DNA of 64,000 nt from contig NW_026262690.1 of assembly GCF_021869535.1 (NCBI RefSeq), positions 91,326,001 to 91,390,000 on the forward strand. The letters run 5' to 3'. How positions within the stretch are numbered: the first letter of the stretch is position 1; the number at the start of each line of letters is the position of its first letter. The position numbers and the translations under genes are program-made. The stretch is from Mytilus californianus (Eukaryota). Below are positions 1 to 13,500 of this stretch, piece after piece. Below the pieces are notes generated by a model that searched no databases, had not been told where the DNA came from, and was given only the letters and a program-made list of their open reading frames with translations.

Positions 1-265
1 AAAGTGGCTACTTTCTGGCATAAAAAATGTTCTTCTCAATATGGCTATTGCAAGGATTTTTTGTACTAAATTGGATTTAAATTAGACCAGGGTATTTTCA
101 AAAAGTAAATCAGTCATTGACAAGTGAGCAAACAAAATACTGTGATAGAACATATGGCAGGTAAGCAAAATTATGACCCACAAAACTATTTTTCAATTAC
201 TGTCAAATAATATTTAAAGAGATGCACAAAATAAGAATTTTTCCTTGCATTCTATTGTTACAGAT

Positions 266-1573
266 TAAGAATAAAATGCTCCGCTGGGCGCAGCTTGATA
301 CAACCGCAGAGGTCGAACCCTGAACAGTTGGGGCAAGTATGGACACAACATCCAAGCTTGATACAGCACTGAATTTGGATTGTGATTAAATATTTGACAC
401 AGCATAGGTTTCTGACACAGAATGAATGTGGTCTAAGAACTTAAAAATTTGTAATTTACCTATTCAAACCATATCATTATTATTTGCTTTTATATATAAA
501 TCAGAAATAACCAATTCAAAATGGAAAATTTTAAAGAAAAAAAAAGGAAAAAAATGAAAAAAAAATCCCTCCCCCAAATTTTTTTAACCCCCTTATGATT
601 CACCACCCCAAAACTCAATCCCAGCCTTCCCTTTGTGGTATGATACCTTGCAGTACAATTTCAGAGAGATCCATACACTTGAACACAAGTTATTGTCTGG
701 AAACTAGAAAAATGCTTGTTTTTAGGCCCCTTTTAGGCCCCAAATTCCTAAACATTTAAGGCAATTACCCCCAAACTCAAACCCAGCTTTCCCTTTGTGA
801 TATGGAATCTTTTAATACAATTTCATAAAGATCCATACACTTAAACACCAGTTATTGTCCTGAAACTAGAAAAATGCTTGTTTTTTGCCCCTTTTTGGCC
901 CCTAATTCCTAAAATTTTCAGGTAATTACCCCCAATATCAATCCCAGCCTTCCCTTTGTGGTATGGTACCTTGCAGTACAATTTCAGAGAGATCCATACA
1001 CTTGAACACAAGTTATTGTCTGGAAACTAGAAAAATGCTTGTTTTTAGGCCCCTTTTAGGCCCCAAATTCCTAAATGTTTAAGGCAATTACCCCCGAACT
1101 CAAACCCAGCTTTCCCTTTGTGATATGGAACCTTGTAGTACAATTTCATAAAGATCCATACACTTGAACACAAGTTATTGTCTGAAACTAGAAAAATGCT
1201 TATTTTTGGCCTCTTTTTGGCCCCTAATTCCTAAAATTTTTAGGCAATTACCCCCAAAATCAATCCCAGCATTCCCTTTGTGATATGAAACCTTGTGGTA
1301 CAATGTCAGAGAGATCCATACATTAACACACAAGTTATGTCTGGAAGTTACAAAAATGCTTATTTTTGGCCCCTTTTTGGCCCCTTATTCCTTAACTGTT
1401 GGTACCATAACCCCCAACCTTCCTTTTGTGGTATTGAACCTTATGGTAAAATTTGATAGAGATCCATTCACTTAAACTAAAGTTAGAGTGCGAAACCCAA
1501 TGTGTCTTCGGACGACGACGACACCAACGTCATACCAATATACGACCGCAAAATTTTTGCGGTCGTATAAAAA
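266..1573. mobile_element. HINE-like element with a ~161-bp internal tandem array, (CGA)n and a terminal 31-bp palindrome
   Basis: About 5.5 units at 606-1490; GACGACGACGAC near 1510; TATACGACCGCAAAA-T-TTTTGCGGTCGTATA at 1539-1569. Confidence 0.8.
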
Positions 1574-3385
1574 TTGAACAGAAAGAAAGTATGCAACAGG
1601 GGAAAAAATGATACACTTAAAATTTAACTGTTTTTCCTCCTAATAACTTAAAACAGTACAATGTACATACCCTTACACTGCCTGACGTTAACAGATATCT
1701 CATTTCTTCTACAAATCTCTTGTACCTGGTTTACTCTACTACTGGTAGCTTCATGAGAGGAACAAATTAACTCCATCTTTAGTCATGCAGTGTTTTCATA
1801 CCTTTTTTACAAGCCTTTTCTAAATTTCTTCGCTGCAAGTAGACAAACATTCATAGTTAAGTCAATAAACAATTCTAGGGTAAAATAACATCAAATTTGA
1901 AGGCCATATTGGCATTAACTAGAGTATAACATGTCTCTGGTCAAAATTAGGTACTATTGAGTAACCTAATTAATGTAGTCTGATTCAGACATCCATGTGC
2001 AGCAGTATCAATGTCCAGCAGTTGCACAAAGAACCATGCACAACATGGAGCTCACCACTTTTGGGACCTCTTAGTTGTTTTGTTAATAGATCATGTGAAC
2101 TATATATTGCCAGCATTGTTGTTGTGGTATTAATCATTCTAACAAATCTTCTACCCAGAAGTCATGAACTAATTTACACAAACATTAGCCACAACCACCC
2201 AAAGGGTCAGTAGTTAATTTTTTTACTTATTTATATCGGTGTCAACCTGTTAGCATGGCTGCTGTTATGATAAATGGAAAATATTGGTCAAATGCATATT
2301 ATTGGCGATTAATCTTATGTTCTATAATTGATAGGAAAAATTACTTGTGAAATAAACCTAAAATAATGACTTTCAGAAAAAGTGCCAATACCCCTGCTGG
2401 CTAACCAACATGACTGCCATTGCTGAAAATAGAAAAAAATCTATCTGATAAAATCAATCCTGATCAAATCTGAGTAAGTTGGGTACAATTGTCTTCAAGT
2501 GATGCTCTTTCTTAAATAAAGCTAATGACAGACTGCAACTTGTCCAATATTACCACCATTTTTCTATTTTAAGCAATAGCTGAAAAGTTCACCAGTTGGT
2601 TGGGGTGTAAACATATATTTGTTTCGCCTAACAGAAGTTCCACTGGAAACTTTGTTATAAACAATGCCAAAATATCTATTCCTGTTGGAACAAATATTTT
2701 AGAGTCTTTATTCCATCAGGAACAAATATTACAGAGGAAATGATATTACAAAATATCTCTTCCATTTGGAACTTATATTATGAAGGAACTTTTGTTTCAT
2801 TTATATTAACAACTAGAAGCCATGCTAGCATAGTTAACATGAAAGGTGATCTAATAACAAAACAAGTTAGAGGTCCTAAAAGAGGTCAGATGCATGCTGT
2901 GCATGGTTTATTGTGAAACTACTGCACAGGGAAGTGACTGCTAAGTGGAAATTACATAAATGCAAAAATTTTTGGTCAGCAAATTTTTTGAATACCGAAT
3001 TGTTTATAAGTTTGATCTCTTGGATGCTACTGATTTTCAGAGGGATCAATTTTTTTTTTTTTCGCAACTAATACATTTTCTGGAAAAAGTTGCTAAGCAA
3101 AAGTTGCTGATGCAAGGCATTTCTGTAAAACTGCCAGTTCGGCCACAGTCATTTCAGCCATACTGCCAGCAGTTCATCCATACTTTGTAAAGTTGTTTCG
3201 GCCATGGTTTTCATTGTTATAAATAAAGGAAAATATATTTGTTTCTAGAAGCAGATTTTAAGAAAGAAATGGAAAAATACTTTTTTATCATACATTTATT
3301 TTCCTTGATAAAAATGTGTATCAATTGATGAATGTTATGAAAATGGTGATATTTGGTATGATTGCTGATGTCAGAAACAACTTAA

Positions 3386-3980
3386 AGTTGATGTGGATCC
3401 TTTGGCTAAAATGGCTGCATTTTCACCTCAAAATTTACTCTGAGTACAGACAAACTTGAGTATCTGGAAAATGTTTAAGACATAGCATGCTCTAGATAAA
3501 TAAAATTCAAATACATATTATGTTTTAGAAAATTAAAAACGTAACTCGATTTTGCTTTGCACTCTTTTTCATTCCTCCAGAAGGTGCCAAATAAACAAAG
3601 TTGGGAAAGAGGTTTGAGAACTTCCCCACAGGTAATAATTTAATAATTGAAGTGAACTGTAATGATTGACATGGGCAATAGAGGGACAATAGATATCTGA
3701 CAATAATTGGTGATTTAAACTGTGTACCTGAGTGGACCATATCAAGTGAGCCTCGACTGTTCGTTAATTTTATCATCTTCTGCGGAGGCGAAAAAAAGTG
3801 CACTGCAAAATCCAGCTATTAAAGTTTTTTAATTTTCTAAAACATAAAACGCATTTCAATTTTATTCATCTAGGGCATGATATTGCCTTAAATCTTTTCC
3901 AGATGCACAGGTTAGACTGTACTCAGACTAATTTTTGAGGTGAAAACGCAGCCATTTTAGCCAAAGGGTCCACATGAACC
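3386..3980. mobile_element. Non-autonomous TIR element with ~190-bp TIRs and TTAA TSD (Kolobok-like)
   Basis: TTAA at 3382-85 and 3981-84; termini AGTTGATGTGG / CCACATGAACC; long arms are reverse-complementary. Confidence 0.8.
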
Positions 3981-4461
3981 TTAATACGAGTTCAATCTTA
4001 ATAGACTGAACAATATCAAACGTAAATTTTTTTAACATGAAATCAACACAGCAGATGTATAAATATTAGATGCAGTCATTGTTGTCCATGTTTCTCATAC
4101 TTATGTTTGTTATGGACAAATTCTCTGTTGTAAAGCAATATATTAATGAAGCACCAAAGTTAAAGGGAAACTTTGTTAATGCCTTTATCATGCATGACAT
4201 CTTCTTGTTTCACAGCAGGTGAACATACATATTATGACAAAATGACTTTTATGTTAAGTAACATTCTTTCTCAAAACAATTAATGCATATATATATATAA
4301 TATATGTTATTAGAACAATATGAAATAGTGTGGCTGAATCGACTATGGCCAAAACTGGTACTGTGGCCGAATTGACTATGGCCGAAACGACTGTGGCCAA
4401 ACTGGTACTGTGGCCGAAACGCCTCGAAAGCAAGTTGCTATATTGACCCAGTCTGATTGAC

Positions 4462-6880
4462 CGGGTCTCACTAATTAGCGACAAGAAGCTTCAAGAAGCG
4501 ACAAAAAAACTTTTTTTTTTATTAAGATTACTTATTCCAAATAAATATTAAAAAATATGCATTTTTTTTTTAATCTATGGGCAGAAATAAATTGATAATT
4601 TTTATTATTATATTGATAGATGAAGAAATTAAACATTTGTATGAATAAACGAATGGAGATAAATATAGAGTTGGCATAATGATCATGAGTACCAAACATG
4701 TACAAAATATACTGATTTATTAATCAAAGGTAAACCAGATGCGTTTCGGATTCTAGCAATTGCACAGAGCACATACTTTTGCAAGAATAAGACTGAAATG
4801 CTGACAATTTACTTTATACAAAACATAAAAGTTGAATGGCTTCAGTCAGCTTGTTTATAGAGCAAAGGAAATGCACACGCTATAAAATGGAAATAAAAAC
4901 AAAGATTTTTCAACTTTCCTTTGAAGAATTTATTGAAACAAAAACATGAAATATTATTTCCATTCTAACAGTACAATTCATTGTTCTTGATAGGAACAAC
5001 ATTAGATGTGGCTTCACCCTAAGATAATAACAGTACACACAATGTGAAACATCTGAGATTAACGAGGCGCGTGTCCCTTGTTTTATTGCTACAATAACAT
5101 CCAATTAACACCTTCAACTTTGTACACGCGTCAGACTATACAATTACACGCGCCAGAATATACAATCATTGTAAATAGTGAACATCTGTTGAAAACTCAA
5201 AATTGTCATTACTTTCCTTAATCTTCAATCAACATTAAACTATGCATTAACATGATAAATATCATTAAATTAGGAAATACACAAAATAAAATGATGAAAA
5301 ATATTCACATTTTAATTATGTTTTCCTTTTGTTTGATTTCAGTTCTTTGTATTTCACAATTTGTGTCAGAGTATTTTCTGGACAATGATGTACAAATAAT
5401 GCATTTTGCAAGTTTATTATATAATTTGTACAAAGAGAGTTTTAAAAACAAATTATAAGATAAATATATTATTGTTCTAAAACACAAGTAAAATTAATAT
5501 CATAATACGACAGGGTAAACGTAATACTTGCTGTAATACATAATAAATAATAAAATATCACAAATAAATGTAGCAATTAGATCTATGTTTCAAAAACTTG
5601 TGATGCTTTATTACTATAAAAATTCGTAAGGGTTCCGCGGAACCTAGTGTCTCGCCTACTTCTGCTGTTTATCACAGGCTCAACAAAAATGAGGAAAAAA
5701 ATTAATAAAAATATTCCTCTCTATACTATCTTTTGATTGTAAGTAGCTTCTGTCCAAGTTTGGTAAAAATCCAGGATAGTTTATGAATCTAATAAATGTT
5801 TTAAATAAAAACTTAAACTGTTATGTAATGTTAACTGGAAGAAAAACTAAGTCCATTTATAAGTAAAATACGGAAAATATGGAAAAATATTTTAACAAAA
5901 TTTCCTTTTAGATACTAGCTTTTAATCATAAACAAGCTTCTGTCCAAGTTTGGTACAAATCCAGGATAGTTTAAGAAAGTTGTTAAAATTTTAAAAACTT
6001 TAACCACAGAGTGAATGTAATGTTAACTGGCAGAAAAACTAAGTCCATTTATAAGTAAAATACGAAAAAAATGGGAATTTTTTTTTTACAAAATTTACTT
6101 CTGGATACTATCTTATGATCACAAACAAGCTTCTTTCCAAGTTTGGTACAAATCCAGGATAGTTTAAGAAAGTTATTAAAATTTCAAAAACTTTAACCAC
6201 AGAGTGAATGTAATGTTTCCTGGCAGAAAAACTAAGTCCATTTATAAGTAAAATACGGAAAAAATGGAATTTTTTTTTACAAAATTTACTTCTGGATACT
6301 ATCTTATGATCACAAACAAGCTTCTGTCCAAGTTTGGTACAAATCCAGGATAGTTTAAGAAAGTTATTAAAATTTCAAAAACTTTAACCACAGAGTGAAT
6401 GTAATGTTTCCTGGCAGAAAAACTAAGTCCATTTATAAGTAAAATATGGAAAAAGTGGAATTTTTTTTTTACAAAATTTACTTTTGAATATTATCTTATG
6501 ATCATAAACAAGCTTCTGTCCAAGTTTGGTAGAAATCCAGGATAGTTTAAGAAAGTTATTAAAATTTCAAAAACTTTAACCACAGAGTGAATATTTGTGG
6601 ACGCCGCCGACGACGACGACGACGCCGACGGAATGTAGGATCGCTATGTCTCGCTTTTTCGACAAAAGTCGAAGGCTCGACAAAAATGACTTTTTCTATC
6701 TATTTATTGATGGAATATTAACTTTCTTGTCGCTAAAATTGTTTTCTTTTGCATATTCTTTTAATATTTATTTGGAATAAATAATTTTAATAAAAAAAAA
6801 ATGTTTTCTTGTCGCTAAATACTATTATTCTTCTTGTCGCTCCTTGTCGCTTCTTGTCACTAAAATTCTTCTTGTCGCCG
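4462..6880. mobile_element. hAT-like non-autonomous element with GCGACAAG/CTTGTCGC subterminal repeats; hosts a HINE
   Basis: GATTGAC(C) duplicated at 4455-62 and 6881-88; repeated gcgacaag at the left end and cttgtcgc about 6 times at the right end. Confidence 0.65.
5618..6686. mobile_element. HINE, family A copy 1 (~191-bp internal repeat, 5 units)
   Basis: Palindrome GGTTCCGCGGAACC 5631-44, (CGA)n at about 6605-6625, hairpin TTCGACAAAAGTCGAA, A-run junctions. Confidence 0.85.
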
Positions 6881-7215
6881 GATTGACCTAAACAAATGCA
6901 CTTTTTATTTTGTTTTGCTAAATATAAGAAAATAGATTTTTATGCACTAAAAATTTATATTCCATTTGGGCTATAATGGATTATTATGACCCATGCCCAT
7001 CCCGAAAAAAAGCAAATCATGTCACATGGGACTGGGAAAAGAAGTCGCTTTTTTTTTCTGTCTATGAGTATGACAGCGAGGTTAAATGCAAAGCACACAT
7101 TTGAATAATCTTCAAAAATGAAAATAACTTGATATATCTTACTTGTTTACTTGGGCTCAAGTTGGACACTTGTTTTTATTGGCTATGACTCACGAGACCA
7201 GTGGTATATTTTATT

Positions 7216-7238
7216 GGGAATTCCCTACTTTCACTTTC
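7216..7238. promoter_or_regulatory. Adjacent NF-kB site (GGGAATTCCC) and IRF element (GAAAGTGAAAGT on - strand)
   Basis: Exact motifs read at 7216-7225 and 7227-7238, about 290 bp upstream of the COG2 ATG. Confidence 0.6.
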
Positions 7239-7510
7239 GTTAGGTTACCGATGAATTCCGAGTAGACTTGCATTTTACCCAACGAATATAGTAATAATTA
7301 TTTATCGTTTTGTATTAATAAGAAACAAGGATTTTTCTACTTTTAAAGACCATGTTTCTCTGAATATATTTTTTTAAAAGCAAAAATAGGTCATTTCTCA
7401 ACACCCATTGATTAATTGAGTTTTTGGTTTTTAGTCTGAGCAACAAATTTACATCCGGTTATGCCAAGAGTTATTCCCCGTCCTGCCAGCAGTGCAGACA
7501 AGTTGGGACT

Positions 7511-7591
7511 ATGACAGGAGACCCAAATAAAGCAGTCCCACTTCCTAGTGGTCCTGCATCTCTTTGCTTTGATAAAGATGTCTTCATGAAG
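7511..7591 (+). CDS. COG2: COG2 coding exon 1 (MTGDPNKAVPLPSGPASLCFDKDVFMK)
   Basis: ATG at 7511, donor gtaata at 7592; matches the COG2 N-terminus (LCFDKDEFMK in vertebrates). Confidence 0.93.
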
Positions 7592-10500
7592 GTAATAATG
7601 CTTCCTGTGTTCCTGAAATAAAACTCTATAAGCTCTTAACATGCGAATCATTTTAAAATCTCTAATATTGGTGGCAGACCTTACCCAGTAAAGGTTGAAA
7701 CAGCATAGGACAAAACTAAGGTTTGAAATGCCCTCTATGGTAGGTAACTAGAGTTCGAATGTCTCACGGGGTCCTTTTTTTCCCTACTAAATACTAAAAG
7801 TAAATGAGCCAGCCTGATAGACGACGTATTTACACTTGTATGCAAATTTGTTTGCCATTATTTTAAAACCATTAAAGTTCCCGCAAATTATTGCATCATA
7901 AATTTTAAACATTTGATGTCATAATATAAAAGTGAGTGTTGCATTACGTCAGAAGGTAATTTGAAGACAAATCAAGGGTCATTTAGAGACAAAATTCAGC
8001 TTAATACCAAATGTGTAAATACATTTATGAGTACCTTAAGGTAACGGGTGCATGTTGTACTTGTCATCACACATTTCAGTAATACAACATACAAATTTGC
8101 AGGAAATACTATGCTCCTATTGAATGTTGTCAGATACAAATTTGCAGTAAAATGTATGCTTTTTTAAGATGTTTTACAGAAATTCTTGAAAAAAGAAAAC
8201 TAGAAATAACTTTTCTGCCATGTTGTTGAAGCATGATAGTAGCACCTGTTGTAGACCAAAATCGACCTTTCTACCATAATTTCTGCTTTCAGGAGCATAA
8301 TACTGTAATATGAGACAGATGTTTAATACATGTCATGTCTATGAAAGAGGTTGAAGTCTGTATAAGTGATTAATTAAATACTGATTTTTTTTGTTAAGAA
8401 TAAAACTACAGTAGAATGTACTAAAGTCATCAATTATTTTTCACATTTTACAAATTATGACATGAAAAATGCAAAAATCAGTTATTTTTGAGATAATCTA
8501 TTGCCTTTCTAGACTGAGGGCTAAATAATGAATACCTCTTTGCCTCATTGAAAAAACAAATCAGAATTCCCTGCATAATTTCTGTTGAAAAAGTAACTGA
8601 AATATGAAAACATATCTGTAATTGGTCTTGTCATTAGGAATTTTATTTCTGACTTCATTTTCAATGTAAGCAAAGAAACACTATCTTCAGATAACGTTTT
8701 TTTCATAAAACAACAAAGATACAAAGTTGACTTATTAATAAACTTCTTGTATCTGATTCCTAATATGAGATCTGTTCGATGTGGATGTTGAAAAAAGTCT
8801 TTATCATTAATGATTTTTTTCTATCTATCTGCATACATCTTCACACATGCAAATTAAGGAAATGTCAAATGGAATGATTTAAATAGATTTAAACTCCTAC
8901 CACACTTTTCTATTTTTACACCCTCATCCTGATAAAAACGAACCTTTAAGCTGATGTTTTCATGCATACAATGATGTCTTGATCCCAAAATGTATAGATT
9001 TCTGATGTTTTTATGTGACTTTTGTGTGAAAAAAGATCCCCCGCGAAAAAAGACTGTTTCTCAGATACTATAAGCAACAGGTTAACTTTATTTGATATAT
9101 GTAAAGATTTTAAGGTGTACATGTCTGTCTGATGAGGTTCATCTTACCTTGACCTCATTTACTGGTACTTGGATCATTTACAAATTTATTTTTATGTTAT
9201 ACTAGCTGTGTAACCTTTTTCTTTCCGTAATTTGAACCCCTGTTTGTTTAAGACATTGTATTAATTATGAATGATATTTTGGAATTTGTTTTTTTCATTT
9301 CATTTCTAAATTTTCTAATAATTCATGGTAGGTTTCTTTGTTATTCTGTATAAATTCATTTTCAGAATGACATTTTTTTTTTTGGATGAAGCGAACCACA
9401 GGCCCTTTAAATACTTAGCTAATATTGTCCATTAGTAAATAAATAAAATCAATATTATGTGTACTTTGATATTCTGAATCAAACCATGTATTGAGATTTT
9501 GGATATTGGACCATAATAGGTGAAAGTCCGATTTCAAATTTTTCAGTTCTTTGACCACATTCATTCTGTCTGTGTCAAATATTTATTCACAATCCTAACT
9601 CAGGGCTGTATCAAGCTTGAATGTAGTGTCCATACTTGCCCAAACTGTTCAGGGTTTAACCTCTGCGGTTGTATCAAGCTGCGTCCAGCTGAGCATTTTA
9701 TTTTTCTTCTTTTTTCATATTTACTTCATTACTCAATAACCACATTAATTCAGATAACAAAAGTTTTTGTAATTTTTGTTGAAAATGTTTTATATCATAA
9801 GATGTGCTATATGTAAATATTATTTTTCTACTGTGATGAAGGAAGACACTATGTTTTAGTAGTGATTCTGATTCTTTCACATACAACCTTGTCTGGCCCA
9901 TAACTTTTTTTTTATCTTTTTGACAATGGCTTATGATATTTGGGGTGAAGGTGTATTATCTTTAGAAGATGTGTGTATATCATTATGAACATCATGTAAC
10001 CTTGACTTCAAGCTCAAAACACTTGATTTTTGTTACATTTAGCGACAGGAGCATCCTTTGACATACTGGTAGGCTTTTTATATTCGGTATATGGGCGCAA
10101 CATCTCAAAGACATTTGTGTTGTGTAATGGAAGATGGCCTCTAATCTTGAACTATGTATGACCTTCTAAGTCAAATAATTCATATCTATATATCCACCTT
10201 AAAACCATACATTTGAACATACTCTTGCTTGCCATGACAGACATTTTCCATTAAAAAAATGGTTTGCCCCTCATATGATTAGTCGTTGAATATCTAAAAA
10301 AAAAAGGTTCAGATCCATACCACTTAACATTTAACAATGTATACTCTGAATTGCCTTGGTAACCTTTTGAGTAAAACAATAAGTTTTGTACCTGGGGGAC
10401 ATACCTTGCTACCAGCATAAAATTAGTTGTTAAATCCCTTGAAAACTTTCCTATTCCCAAAATTGATCAAAGTAAGTAAACAACCCTCACAACCCCCATC

Positions 10501-13500
10501 AACACATTCCTTAAAAATATTAAAAGAATCATTTTCAAGCTTTAACAGACATGACAGAAGGGTTGCAAATTTTTTTATCAGCAGTCATCTAAAATGAGCC
10601 ACTTTTTATTTACAGGAAGGATTTGATGTAGATAATTTTGTGATGGAATGCAGGAGACGCGTACCACTAGAGACTCTAAGAGATGACCTGAACACTTACC
10701 TGAAAATTCTACGCAGTGCCATGATAGAACTTATTAATAAAGACTATGCTGATTTTGTCAATTTATCTACAAATTTGGTAAGGGTATTGCTAGATATAAT
10801 TGATTACTAGGCATTTCAAATATGAATTGATATACATTGTAATGGTTGGTTCTGAAGAAAACATGAAGCCTAAAAAATGAAAAATTAAATTTTTCAGATT
10901 GAATTGTAAGGAATATATCATCCCTTATATGAATACACCAACGAAGTTAGAAAAATCAAGAAAATAAATGAAGTCAGTTAGAAAGGGATAAATACACAAA
11001 AAAAAGTGTCAGTGAAAAATAAGCTGGCAAACAGTAAACTTTGAACAAACTTTAATGTCAAACAGTATATTTGACAGCATAGATTAGACACAAGTATTAC
11101 ATTAGTTTAACTAATTTTTAAAAGTTGGAATTCTTTTTTGTGTGTAATATGCCATTTATGATTTAATATGTACATTCTGGTATGGGTTTTTCTCATTGTT
11201 GAAGGCCTTACGGTTGCCTATAATTGCTTACATCCACTTCATTTGAACTTTGGTGGATAGTTGTCTCATTGGCAATAATACCACATCTCCTTATTTTTAT
11301 ATTGAAGTTACTAACATGTACATTCTCTTCAAAGCAAACATTGAATTAAATATGTACATTCTCTTCAAAGCAAACTTTGAATTAAATATGTACATTCTCT
11401 TCAAAGCAAACATTGAATTAAATATGTACATTCTCTTCAAAGCAAACATTGAATTAAATATGTACATTCTCTTCAAAGCAAACATTGAATTAAATATGTA
11501 CATTCTCTTCAAAGCAAACATTGCTTACTGTTCGGTGTGAGCCAAGGCTTCGTGTTGAAGACCGTACTGTGACCTATAATGGTTTACTTTTATAAATTTT
11601 GACTTGGATGGAGAGTTGTCTCATTGGCACTCATACCACATCTTCTTATATCTATTGAATTTAACATGTACATTCTCTTCAAAGCAAACATTGAATTAAA
11701 TATGTACATTCTCTTCAAAGCAAACATTGAATTTAACATGTACATTCTCTTCAAAGCAAACATTGAATTTAACATGTACATTCTCTTCAAAGCAAACATT
11801 GAATTTAACATGTACATTCTCTTCAAAGCAAACATTGACTCCTTTTTGCATCACATATAATCTCAAGCATAATTTCAGGTTGGAATGGACAAAGCTATCA
11901 CTAATCTAACAGTACCATTGGGAGAAATGAAAGACCAAGTTATGGTAAGTCTTTTATACTTCTTTCTTCGGTGTTAATCAAAGTTGATGAGATGAGAACA
12001 AATAAAACTTTTGAAAATTTTGTTTAAAGGTTGTCATAGTATATTGTTTGTAATATGCCATATGTATACACTGATGAGCCGTAAGGCTCAAAGTTAATAA
12101 AGAATTAGAATTAGAATAGTAATTATTTAATACAGAGAACTAGTGCAATTTGTTCAATATAAAGGGTCATGATCTATAGTTTAAGACTTGCAGTATAATT
12201 CATTAATAATCAACTGGTCTTGTGGTACTGTGCTCACCTCAAAAAAGGAGTTTTTTTGGATAGATCCCCAGTCAGGTCAAAGGACTAGAAAGTTGCTATC
12301 TGCCTATTCTCAGCTAAATATACAGTATTTGAAAGTTTAAAAAAGCAAAGACTGGTTGGCTCTAAATCTAGAATAATGTTTCTGAGTAGGGTGTCTTGTC
12401 TTCCTTGGGACTGTTACCTTGTGAACTAGCACCTTTAAAAAAATTCAGCTCAGCATGTCAGTCTTTTACAAAACAAGGTTCCTATTTATATTACACCAGA
12501 TATAGATTTAATTTGGCTTGGATGTTAAACAGCCATCCATTGTCATCATCAAAAAAAATAATTTCTTGTGATGATTTTTCAAAGTGAACTGTAATGATTT
12601 TGAATTATTTCAGTCTGAATTATCTCCCTCTATATTCTATCGATATGACACTTATATGATAGAGTTTCTAATCCGAGTATTGTTACTCACCATCATCAAC
12701 AATTATACGGCTTCACCACAAAACCAGTAGGACATTTGTTAACTGCATTGTCTTGTGTATATTATAGGTATTGATTAGCTTAAAAGTAATATGGGCTTGT
12801 TCAAATACTGTGGATTCATTTATTTTTGTGGGTACCAATTTTCGTGGATTATGGGAAAATTGTGTTTGAGTGGATATTTGATTTTATAAAAGTCTGCATA
12901 CAGACCTATAGAAAATTTGTACTTCATTGAACATTTGAATAGTAGTTCACCTGTACCCACTTAATCCAAGAAAATTGGTATATTCTATGAATAATAATGA
13001 ATCCACAATAAGCCTTTTACAGTTGAAACAAGGCTCAAATGTTCTTTTTTTTCTGGCTTCAAAATTCTATATTATTGATAGTTTCCATTGATGTTCCACA
13101 AGATTTTTCTTTTTACACTGTTTATGATGTTAGATGAAATATATCCCAAAAATTTGTTAAACCCTTGTCAATAACTGCAATAGTATTTTAACATCCATTT
13201 AAGTTTGTCATGAACATTGATAGATTTACTGTATTTTTTTTCATTGTAGACTGTGAAAGTAGCAATGGAAGAAGCTGTACATGCTGTTGAAGAAAAACTA
13301 AAACATAGGGAGCAAATTAGGGAGAAAAAGGTTAAAACAAGTTCATTTAAATTTTGATTGTTTTAAAAGCTCAAATTTTAGTCTACGCAAAAACACTGTC
13401 TGTCTCATGTTTCGAACTGAAATATAGTAATTTGTCGGGTAAACATCAATAATTTTATATTCCTATGAAGGCATGTTATCTAATCAATTTTAATAAAATT

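Noticed and set aside
11250-11909. ORFs with MYILFKANIELN / MFALKRMYIFNS repeats; superficially CRISPR-like periodicity
   Set aside because: Pure 36-bp tandem repeat with no unique spacers, in a eukaryotic intron; the ORFs are artefacts of a unit length divisible by 3.
12071-12093. Hammerhead-like CTGATGA-GCC-GTAA-GGC
   Set aside because: Followed by TCAAAG instead of GAAA, and no stems I/III found; at most a relic.
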